The position numbers and the translations under genes are program-made. A stretch of DNA of 64,000 nt from positions 3,826-67,825 of IMG/VR virus record IMGVR_UViG_2585427722_000007. One strand, 5' to 3'. The DNA is from a virus. Taxonomy: Duplodnaviria; Caudoviricetes. The notes beneath the pieces were generated by a model that worked only from the letters and a program-made list of their open reading frames with translations, searched no databases and was not told the origin of the DNA. Positions 43,698 through 52,304 of this stretch are shown here, piece by piece (position 1 is the stretch's first letter; each line of letters opens with the position of its first letter).

Positions 43698-46118
43698 ATG
43701 CTGACCAACATCGGTAAAAAACTGATCGGCGACGGGGCAGAAACATATCTGCCCTTCGCGCTTTCCAAGCTGCGCTACTTCGCCAGTGTGCCGCAGCTGT
43801 TTCCGTTCAGTCGCACCATCCAGGCTGACGAGGCTACGATCCTGCTGGAGCTGCAGTCGGCCGACGCCGGCCAAGTCACGATCTGGGTCCAGGGGTTCGG
43901 CTATGAGTTCGTATCGACGGGCGGCACCTGGGTGCCAGGCAGTATCGCCGGGTTCGACATGCTGTGCGGCTCTGCGGTTCGGATGAACAAGAAATTCAAG
44001 GCAAGCGCGGCCGGCTCTACCTCCGAGGACTCCCCCGACGGCAGCTGGGAGTCCTCATATGTTCCGGACGACATGGCCAAATTCATGCCCCATAGAGGCA
44101 TGTGGCAGATACAGAATCTGGTCGAGCATGCATATTTCGGCAGTGTTGACGGCAAGCTCGATACGTCGCGAATGTTAACTGACTCTTGGTCGTCTTCCAC
44201 AGATACTACAAATCTGTTAGTGAACAGCATTGCCCTCGATTACGTGCGGTCCTACGACCTGACATATGATATCGCGCCTGGGCTATTCGAAAAAGGAGCG
44301 AAGCGTCCGATCGGCGATATAGGGCTGGCCCCCGATTCGGATTGGTATAAACGGGCGGCGATGCGTACCGTCGTCCACCCTGAGTACGGTCGACGTGTAT
44401 TCCTGATCATGTCTGATGTGACGAACATGTTTCATGCCTACCCGATCGGAGCGACAGATAAAGAACTGTTAGCCGACCCGCTATATGCAGATCAACTGAT
44501 CAAGACACAGGTCCCTGAGAAATATGTAAAGAGGCAGCAAGCACCATTGCCGGTCTGGGCACGTAGATCACCTACGGAGTCGGCCCGCGATTTTACACAC
44601 CGGTTGGGAAAAGACTCAGAGGGGTGGGGGCAATATCTATACCAGTACCCTCAATACAGGTGGGCTTTCAACAGCACTGCGACCAGAGCCGCTTCTGTAG
44701 TGTATCGGGATTACCAAACTCCGAGGATTATGGAGCCCGGTCACCTCGATGAACTTGTTAGCTCCGCGCACGGTTCTGCCTTTGGTCCGGTGGAGTTCTT
44801 GATACAAGAGGCCTTGCCGGGGCTAATGGAACTGTCCATCGAGCTGGCGATAACCGGGCCGAACCTGGAGGATTTCTCCTTCTCCGTAGCAGTCTCCCGG
44901 ACCGTCGATCCGCACGAGACGAACAGCTATATCGTCGCTGCCGACTATTCCTGGGGCAAACGTCCAGGGGGTGAGGAGTACGGCGCTATGCTCGATGACC
45001 TGATCATTATGACCGCCGACGCTTACCCGTTCACAAGCAGCTACCCGGTGCCGGGGTATATCGCAGCTAATGAGCAGGTCGTCGTATCCATCAAAAACCT
45101 TACGGCCGGTACGACGATCAAACAACTCACGACATTCAAGATGGTGCGTGACAGTGGCGGCTCGTTGATCCCGACTCCGATTAATAGTGCTGACCCGGCC
45201 ATCGCAAACTACCACTCGCAGATTTACTCGATGCGCATCCTGTCCTATGACCTACGCGTCATGGCGCTGATGACGGAGTCTTGGTATGAGAAGAAGCACC
45301 GTGAATTCGATGGGGCGGTCCATAACGTCACTGACTTCATCAAGAAGCTCGACGTCACAATCTACGGTACAGCCGACCCTTCGCTTTATCTGGGTGACGA
45401 CATGGCCCTGGCTGCGGAGATGGATACGTTCTCCGTCGTCGACCTCACAGGCATGACGTGGTTACCCCCAAACGATACCGGGGTGCTCACGGATAATGGC
45501 TCATCGATAGGACGCTTCCGCTATGCCGCGGTGACTACTCCGCAGGCTGAGTTTCGCACCAGCTATTACCGCCCGGACCGCAGCATCCCGCCGCAGGCTA
45601 TCTATAACACCGGGGCCGTCTGGTACGGGGTTCGGGCGCTCGGCTGCTTCGCCAGTAGCGACTTCTCCGCATTCACAGTACACCCTGAAGGGCACTGGAG
45701 TGTAGTGTCACCGCTAGTCGTGGCCTATCCAGGGCAACAGGATTGGGTCAACAGTGCCGTACATACACCGCTAGACCCGATGAACGTTAAGCAGGGGTTT
45801 GTTGACACCATCTCTCTAAACATCCGGCAGAGCGATGGAACCTACGAGGATGTCAGAGCTGCTCACCTCGACCTCTATAACAGCGCCTATGGCAGAAGCG
45901 TGACGCAGGAAGACCTGTTCTACCTCTGTCAGCTGGCGGCGGGTAAGCTGCACCTCCAACACCCATTTAACGCGACGGATAGTTATCTGTTTGCTGCATC
46001 CGTGAATATCGGTCAGAACGTCGTCCTGACCGATAAGGGGGCGAGGGTCAGTAACATCGTCCGCGGCAGCAGCATGTTCTTCGGGCAGCTCAACAAAGAC
46101 AAGAAAGCCACGCCATGA
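43698..46118 (+). CDS. large tail-module protein
   Basis: 806-aa ORF in the structural operon; no recognised motif. Confidence 0.7.
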   Translation: MLTNIGKKLIGDGAETYLPFALSKLRYFASVPQLFPFSRTIQADEATILLELQSADAGQVTIWVQGFGYEFVSTGGTWVPGSIAGFDMLCGSAVRMNKKFKASAAGSTSEDSPDGSWESSYVPDDMAKFMPHRGMWQIQNLVEHAYFGSVDGKLDTSRMLTDSWSSSTDTTNLLVNSIALDYVRSYDLTYDIAPGLFEKGAKRPIGDIGLAPDSDWYKRAAMRTVVHPEYGRRVFLIMSDVTNMFHAYPIGATDKELLADPLYADQLIKTQVPEKYVKRQQAPLPVWARRSPTESARDFTHRLGKDSEGWGQYLYQYPQYRWAFNSTATRAASVVYRDYQTPRIMEPGHLDELVSSAHGSAFGPVEFLIQEALPGLMELSIELAITGPNLEDFSFSVAVSRTVDPHETNSYIVAADYSWGKRPGGEEYGAMLDDLIIMTADAYPFTSSYPVPGYIAANEQVVVSIKNLTAGTTIKQLTTFKMVRDSGGSLIPTPINSADPAIANYHSQIYSMRILSYDLRVMALMTESWYEKKHREFDGAVHNVTDFIKKLDVTIYGTADPSLYLGDDMALAAEMDTFSVVDLTGMTWLPPNDTGVLTDNGSSIGRFRYAAVTTPQAEFRTSYYRPDRSIPPQAIYNTGAVWYGVRALGCFASSDFSAFTVHPEGHWSVVSPLVVAYPGQQDWVNSAVHTPLDPMNVKQGFVDTISLNIRQSDGTYEDVRAAHLDLYNSAYGRSVTQEDLFYLCQLAAGKLHLQHPFNATDSYLFAASVNIGQNVVLTDKGARVSNIVRGSSMFFGQLNKDKKATP

Positions 46119-48379
46119 CTATACTCAGTAAGGAGGTAACCTACCGGTACACGCCGGAGGTGCCGACGAACCCAGGACGAAGCGGCTACTGGATACCCGA
46201 CCCTCAATACTATACGCCGGGGGCCGAAGACATCGTCATGTGGGCAGGGCAAACGGGCCTGAATTACTTCAGTGTGTACCGGGTGGCTCCACTCGCCATC
46301 GGATTCGTTACGTACCCAGTCCAGCTTGTTCCGGCCAAGTGGATATTACCGACCCCCTACAAGCTGGGAACTCCCGCCACGAACATTCCCGATTTCCACC
46401 TGGGGTGGAATTCCGGGGCAGTCGGTATCGCCGTAGTCGAGGGCGACAAAGCGTTTCACTTCAGTGCCCTCGCCTCTATCGTGGGCGGCGTAGTCGGACT
46501 AAGCCATGCGGATGCCGGCAACAGTCATGCGGCAGTCGAGTACGGGATATACCTGACGGGGGGTCTGGCGTGTGTTAAAGAGCAGGGGCAAGACCGTGGG
46601 CACAAGACGGTGTTCGCCAGTAGCGACGTGTTTACGATCCAACGCCGCGGCGCTGAGATCAGCTACTACCAGAACGACACGCTGCTGTACGCCAGCCTGG
46701 TGCCGAGCGGCGATACTGCGCTGGTCGTAAACACGATGCTGTACAGTGGCGGCGACACGATCGTCAACCCGCAAATCGATACTATTCTGCGCGGGGTCGC
46801 GGGGCACTGGAAAGGCCCCGGGACCGGAGGGACTACGGGGGGCGACGGCGACCCAAGCGACCTGGTTGATACTGGGGAATGGGTACTGGACGGGTCTGGC
46901 GGATGGACCCCAGTAACGTACAGCGCCGGCCTTGCTCCACTCCGTACCTTGGGGTACGACGTAGGTCAGGACGGGGGTAATACTTACCTGGCGCCGCTCA
47001 GAACGGCTATCGGGATGCATACCGGAATCACCGCGCACACGAGCCTAGCGCCAACGAAGGTTGTGGGGGCCAGTTTTAACTACGGCGCAGGAGCGGTGGC
47101 GTTGACCCCCCTTAACACGAAGGTCGAATCTGGAGGCGATGCGCTTATGCCCCAATTCGCGCTAAGTGCGGCCAGCATGTCACCCCTACAAGTTTCTGGG
47201 AGATGGCTCAACGGTACGAATGGAGTTGGCGCTGTCGAACTGTCCATGACGGCTACGAACGGAGCCGACCACGCCCATGGGGAATCTCGGGTAGAGCTCG
47301 CCTTCACAGAAGCCTTCGGTAGCGAACCGGTAGGAAGCCGGGGCTATGCATTCCTCACCAACCCACGAGCTGGCAAGCTGACCGCCTCCGGCACCCGCCG
47401 TGAACCGAATGCGTTCAGGGGCAGCATCAGGGGTAAGTTGACCGCAAATTGCGGCGGTGTCGCCAAACTGGGCGCCGAGTCGGGAAACCTGATGGCGACC
47501 GGCATCGGCGTGATCATCGGTCGCGCCTATCTGGCCGCGCAACCCGGTAAACTGACCGCCTCCGGCACCGCTGGCGGAATCGCCTCCGCGCGCATGGTGC
47601 AGCCGGGCAAATCGAAAGTCGTCGCGTACTCCGGCGCGGTATTGTCGGTGCGCATCGGTGGTCAAGGCAAGATTACGGCCGGCGGCACCCAGGGCAGCGT
47701 TGGTCGCGCCATCATGCGGTTGCCACTATGCCGATTCGCCGCGTCGGGCCACGCCGAGAATTTCGGCGTGGCCCGGCTGGTTGGGCCGAGACTGCGTCCG
47801 GCCGGCTCCGGCGCCGCGCGCCTGGTCAATCCCGGCTACCGGCTGGTGGCCTACGGCAGTGCGGTGGTGGCGCTCGAGTACGAGGCCTACGCGGTGAACT
47901 TGCTGACCGGACTCGACCGCAATCCGCAGAACCAGTTCGACCCCGACGTCAGAGAAGTCACGCACTACACCAACTACCCGTTCACGCAAATTGTGCGCTT
48001 CCACGACCACTATTATGGCGTGGCGGCCGATGGCCTGTACCTGCTGGAGGGCGACACCGATGCCGGCGCACCGATCGCATGGTCGCTGCGTACCGCGCTG
48101 ACCGACGCCGGCAGCAAGCAGCTGAAGCGGGTGCGCTCGGTCTACATCGGTGCGCGCCTGATCTCCCAGGTAGAGGTCACGCTGGTGGTTGGCGAAGAAC
48201 AGAACCTGACCTACAGTTACACGACGCCGCGCTCCAGCACCGCACAGAATTACCGGCAAGTCTTCGGTAAGGGCGTGCGCACGCGTTACTTCGCGTTGGA
48301 GCTGGCCGACCCGGCCGGCGGCTTCATTGAGATCGACTCCCTCGACCTCGAAAACGAAATCCTGGAAAGGGCGATCTAA
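46115..48379 (+). CDS. tail-module protein
   Basis: 754 aa with a Gly/Ala-rich middle and a beta-rich C-terminal domain (TDAGS..LKR...GKG.R.RYF). Confidence 0.7.
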   Translation: MTILSKEVTYRYTPEVPTNPGRSGYWIPDPQYYTPGAEDIVMWAGQTGLNYFSVYRVAPLAIGFVTYPVQLVPAKWILPTPYKLGTPATNIPDFHLGWNSGAVGIAVVEGDKAFHFSALASIVGGVVGLSHADAGNSHAAVEYGIYLTGGLACVKEQGQDRGHKTVFASSDVFTIQRRGAEISYYQNDTLLYASLVPSGDTALVVNTMLYSGGDTIVNPQIDTILRGVAGHWKGPGTGGTTGGDGDPSDLVDTGEWVLDGSGGWTPVTYSAGLAPLRTLGYDVGQDGGNTYLAPLRTAIGMHTGITAHTSLAPTKVVGASFNYGAGAVALTPLNTKVESGGDALMPQFALSAASMSPLQVSGRWLNGTNGVGAVELSMTATNGADHAHGESRVELAFTEAFGSEPVGSRGYAFLTNPRAGKLTASGTRREPNAFRGSIRGKLTANCGGVAKLGAESGNLMATGIGVIIGRAYLAAQPGKLTASGTAGGIASARMVQPGKSKVVAYSGAVLSVRIGGQGKITAGGTQGSVGRAIMRLPLCRFAASGHAENFGVARLVGPRLRPAGSGAARLVNPGYRLVAYGSAVVALEYEAYAVNLLTGLDRNPQNQFDPDVREVTHYTNYPFTQIVRFHDHYYGVAADGLYLLEGDTDAGAPIAWSLRTALTDAGSKQLKRVRSVYIGARLISQVEVTLVVGEEQNLTYSYTTPRSSTAQNYRQVFGKGVRTRYFALELADPAGGFIEIDSLDLENEILERAI

Positions 48380-48423
48380 ATGGCTGCTTTCGAAAACCAA
48401 ACCCCTAAAAAGAGGAGTTCTTA

Positions 48424-50322
48424 ATGTCCGCAGGAATCGACGCACTCATCAATGACGCGCGCGGCTTTGCCGCCACTACTTTCGATGGCGCGCAGGGGGC
48501 GATGAACTCTGCCCAGAGCGCGATCAGCGGCATTTCGGGCGGCACCTCGGCCCACTTCGCCATGCCGGGCCTGCCGCAGCTGCCGCCGTTTGCCCCCGCC
48601 GTCGCCCCGACTTTCTCGGCGCCCGGGTTCGTGACTCCCACTCGCCCGAACGCGCCGGAGATGCCGACGCCGATTCCCGACCCCCTGGGTGGGCTGGGCG
48701 GCGAGCCGCACCTGAATGCCTCCAGCCCGAATATCAACCTCGACGCGATCCCGAAGCCGTCCCAGCTGGGCAGCTTCGTCGGCACCGCACCGACGGTCAG
48801 GACTGACTTTACTTTCCCCGATGCACCGGACTTGATCGTTCCTGCATTGCCGAATATCGTCGACCGGACGGCGCCGACCAAGCCCGACATACTGCTGCCG
48901 CGCTTCGACGCGCTGAAGCCGGACGATCTGGGCGCCGCCCCGAGCGACTATGCCGAGCAGTTCACCACCGCTTACCGCGATGCGGCGCCGTCGATGGTGG
49001 CGGCACTGGACGGCCAGCTCGACAGCATGCTGGCGCGCTACAACCCGCAGTACAAAAACCAGATGTCCAGGATCGAGGACAAGCTGAGCACGTATCTGGA
49101 CGGCGGCACCGCCCTGAGCCCGGCAACCGAAAACGCGATCTATGAACGCAGTCGCGACAAGGTCAATGCCGAGTACCGGCGCACCCGCGACCTCGCGCTG
49201 AAGGACGCCGCCAAGCGCGGCTTCACGCTGCCGTCCGGCGCGTTGTTTTCCGCCATGCAGCAGGCGCGGCAGGGCGGGGCTGACAACAACGCACGGGCCT
49301 CGACCGAGATCGCGGTTAAGCAGGCCGAACTGGAGCAGCAAAACATGCAGTGGGCGGTGACCACCTCGACCGGCCTGCGCACCGCGGTGCTGTCGGCCTC
49401 GATCAGCTACCACCAGAACCTGATCGGCCTGAACGGCCAGGCGCTGGAGTATGCGAAGTCGATCCTGTCAGCGATGATTGAAATCTACAACACGTTGGTC
49501 AAGGCGTATCAGGCCAAGCTGGAGGGCTACAAGGCCGAGGCTTCGGTGTTCGAGACCAAACTCAAGGGCGCGCTGGCCAGCATCGAACTGTTCAAGGCCG
49601 AGATCGCCGCGCTGCAGGCGCTGACCCAGGTCGATGTCGCCAAGGTCGGCGTCTACCGCGAGCAGATCAGTGCGATGACCTCATTGGTCACCATGTACCG
49701 GACCCGCATCGACGCAGTGGTCAGCCAGGCGTCTCTGGAGAAGCTGAAGCTGGAGATGTTCGGCCAGCAGGTGCAGGCCTACGCGGTGCAGACCCAAGCC
49801 AAGACCGCCGAGTGGCAGGGTTTCACCGCCGCGGTTGGTGGCGAAGAAGCCAAGGCGCGTGTCTACGGCACCCAGGTGCAGGCCTATGCGGCCGAGTGGA
49901 CCGGTTACAAGGCCAAGGTGGAGGCCAAGAGCGAGCAGGTCAGGGCGGTGGCGATGAGCAATCAGGCCAAGGCCACCTATGCGGCAGCCCAGGTCAACGC
50001 CTTCTCGGCGCTGGTGGGCGCCGAGGGCAGCCGGGTCTCCAGCATGATCCAATACCAGAACCAGACCGTGCAGGCGTATCAGGTAGCCAGTCAGGCTGCA
50101 GTGGCCGCCGCCCAGTCGGCGACAGCGAACTACAAGGCGGTTGGGGACATCGGCGTCGCCGTCGCAGGCATGGACGTGCAGGCCCAGCTCGGCTCCGCAC
50201 AGGTCAACCTGGCGCGTGCCAAGGCAGTGGCGGACACCGCGATGACGGCCGGCAGCGTGTACGGCCAGCTGGCGTCGGCGGCACTGTCGGGGATGAATAC
50301 GTTGGTGGTGAACAACGCTTGA
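48424..50322 (+). CDS. internal virion/ejection protein
   Basis: Pro-rich N-terminus, AAKRGFTLPSG motif and a long Ala/Gln helical region. Confidence 0.7.
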   Translation: MSAGIDALINDARGFAATTFDGAQGAMNSAQSAISGISGGTSAHFAMPGLPQLPPFAPAVAPTFSAPGFVTPTRPNAPEMPTPIPDPLGGLGGEPHLNASSPNINLDAIPKPSQLGSFVGTAPTVRTDFTFPDAPDLIVPALPNIVDRTAPTKPDILLPRFDALKPDDLGAAPSDYAEQFTTAYRDAAPSMVAALDGQLDSMLARYNPQYKNQMSRIEDKLSTYLDGGTALSPATENAIYERSRDKVNAEYRRTRDLALKDAAKRGFTLPSGALFSAMQQARQGGADNNARASTEIAVKQAELEQQNMQWAVTTSTGLRTAVLSASISYHQNLIGLNGQALEYAKSILSAMIEIYNTLVKAYQAKLEGYKAEASVFETKLKGALASIELFKAEIAALQALTQVDVAKVGVYREQISAMTSLVTMYRTRIDAVVSQASLEKLKLEMFGQQVQAYAVQTQAKTAEWQGFTAAVGGEEAKARVYGTQVQAYAAEWTGYKAKVEAKSEQVRAVAMSNQAKATYAAAQVNAFSALVGAEGSRVSSMIQYQNQTVQAYQVASQAAVAAAQSATANYKAVGDIGVAVAGMDVQAQLGSAQVNLARAKAVADTAMTAGSVYGQLASAALSGMNTLVVNNA

Positions 50323-50396
50323 GGATAGAAAATGTACGGAGGGTAACAAAACTCGGTGTAGGATATGAGTTTGTTAAGATTTCTCTGAGGGACGAT

Positions 50397-50669
50397 ATGA
50401 GTAACCTGAACACCGTGCAGAAGCTGTTTTGCCCGAAATGCGGGCACGGGTTCTTACACACCATAAAGGGAAGCAAGAAATTTAGCGCAAGCGTTGCCGG
50501 GATGGCTGTAGGCGCGAAGCTCGGCGCTGGGGCAGGCATTGCTATCCTCGGCACCGCAGTTTCGGGTGCTTGGGTTGCGATCCCAGTTCTAGCCGCGGGA
50601 GGGTACTTAATAGGTAAGAAAGCGTCGGGTCCGAAATGCCCGGAGTGCTCCACGAAGTTCTCGGTGTAG
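50397..50669 (+). CDS. moron: Zn-ribbon protein with glycine-zipper membrane insert
   Basis: CPKC ... GMAVGAKLGAGAGIAILG ... CPEC. Confidence 0.7.
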   Translation: MSNLNTVQKLFCPKCGHGFLHTIKGSKKFSASVAGMAVGAKLGAGAGIAILGTAVSGAWVAIPVLAAGGYLIGKKASGPKCPECSTKFSV

Positions 50670-50696
50670 CCCTACGGCGGATGGAGGGCACCACTC

Positions 50697-51224
50697 GTGA
50701 AGTCGCTACATAAGGAATTTTTGGGCAGGCAGTTCGACCCCCACGTCGCGCTTGCTCAGTTCACTGCTGATGAACAGCGGCTATTGACCAGGTACGGTGC
50801 TTGGCTTAATGCACTGATGGTAGGGGCGATCACCCCGATGACCTCTGCGCAGCAGCACTTCATGGGTATGTGTTCTGGTAGAGCGGTCACCTACGGGGCG
50901 TACGAGGAGGCGTGGCGAAAGTATATGCTGGAGCGGTGGTATATGTTCGCGTTGGAGATGGACCAGAGTTTAACGAACTCCGACATTTACACGTACCCTG
51001 ACGTACTCAAGTGCTTTTCGCGTCTATACGCACAGGGGCATAAGGGAGCGAAAGACTGGTTTGTAAAAGAAAGCACTGGCTACCATAAATTCGAACCAGA
51101 ACCTCCTGATGACCCTGAGGCGCCACTACTGATGAGGCTACATCCGGTGGGTATACGTTCCACGTACAGGCATGGGGACCTGCTTGACTCGCCGGGCCGA
51201 CTCCCTGGTAGCTATGACGGATGA
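50697..51224 (+). CDS. moron: DUF413 (MaoP/YifE-like) domain protein
   Basis: FT.DE..LL.RYG.....L..G...P.T.....F...C.G......E.AW.KYM matches the MaoP/YifE pattern as recalled. Confidence 0.7.
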   Translation: MKSLHKEFLGRQFDPHVALAQFTADEQRLLTRYGAWLNALMVGAITPMTSAQQHFMGMCSGRAVTYGAYEEAWRKYMLERWYMFALEMDQSLTNSDIYTYPDVLKCFSRLYAQGHKGAKDWFVKESTGYHKFEPEPPDDPEAPLLMRLHPVGIRSTYRHGDLLDSPGRLPGSYDG

Positions 51225-51339
51225 GAACAATAGCTAGGATGTTCGCCAGACAAAGGTAGGGCCAGCTACATGAACATCGTACGAGCAACGCTTGAGGACA
51301 GAACGAATGTTTCTGAGATGGAGCTAGGGAGGGTAGTTC

Positions 51340-51948
51340 ATGGACGGAGTAAGCGAGCAGGATTATCTTGTCGGTTGGGAAGTCTTCCATAAATCGTATG
51401 GGGCGGGGGTGATAGTCTCTGCTGCCTACAAACGCTTCGTCTGCGAGTTTCAGTCTGGGCTGCGGGAGTTCCCATACGGTGTGCTTGCGTCAGGTGATTT
51501 TCGTGGCGAACCTGGAAAGATTACTCGGCGATTAGCCGTACTCGATAAAACCAAAGCGCAAGAGCGGCTGGGGGAAGCGGCGGCGGAAGCGAAGCGGTAT
51601 GGGTTACGCCAGTATGAGCGGGACGTGGAGTCGTGTCTCGGCGGCAGAGCGGTAGTCAGCTTGGAGCCGTTGCGGGCAGCTATTAGGCACTACAGCATGA
51701 CGGACATCTGGCGTGATGGGATCGGCGAGCGCACACTGGAAGAAAGCTACGCGAGGGGTGTAAAGCGGGTCTTGGCGGCCAGAGACATGTATCTCAGGCT
51801 CATGTCCAATCAACCTGACTTCGACAGTGATTTTCGGCGATGGGCTATTAAGAAAGCACTGGGGTTGCGCACGAGTACAAGATACTCAGCGCAGCCCACA
51901 GGTAGGAAACTATGGAGAGGCTGGGGCGCAAGTCCTTCGGAAGAATAA
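51340..51948 (+). CDS. moron: hypothetical protein
   Basis: 202 aa; N-terminal VGWEVFHKSYGAGVI is an SH3/Tudor-like motif. Confidence 0.6.
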   Translation: MDGVSEQDYLVGWEVFHKSYGAGVIVSAAYKRFVCEFQSGLREFPYGVLASGDFRGEPGKITRRLAVLDKTKAQERLGEAAAEAKRYGLRQYERDVESCLGGRAVVSLEPLRAAIRHYSMTDIWRDGIGERTLEESYARGVKRVLAARDMYLRLMSNQPDFDSDFRRWAIKKALGLRTSTRYSAQPTGRKLWRGWGASPSEE

Positions 51949-52208
51949 TGAAAACCATAATATTTAGCCTATGCCTAATCAGCCAGTTCGCTTGGGCGGA
52001 TTCGACCGATACCCGTCGCCTGAATGACATGATCGTGAAAGCGGTGCAGGCCAGGGACTACGAGAGGGCCCGGTCGTTGACGGTCACGCAGGAGCAGCGC
52101 GACTACGTGGAGCAGTCGGTCGTATATGACAGGCAGGCGACTGCTGAGCGGAAGCGGCCGAAAGCGACAAGTTGCTACACTGCCGGAAACAGAGTTATGT
52201 GCTACTAA
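51948..52208 (+). CDS. moron: exported small protein
   Basis: Signal peptide MKTIIFSLCLISQFAWA; C-terminal CYTAGNRVMCY. Confidence 0.65.
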   Translation: MKTIIFSLCLISQFAWADSTDTRRLNDMIVKAVQARDYERARSLTVTQEQRDYVEQSVVYDRQATAERKRPKATSCYTAGNRVMCY

Positions 52209-52212
52209 ATCA

Positions 52213-52239
52213 GAAAGGCAGTTCGCTGCCTTTTCTTTC
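52213..52239 (+). terminator. Rho-independent terminator ending the moron
   Basis: aaaggcag-ttcg-ctgccttt followed by tctttc. Confidence 0.75.
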
Positions 52240-52304
52240 GCCCTGTACTCTTCCGTTCTAATTAGATACACTCGCATCTAAGCATAATCTTATATAGAGG
52301 CACC

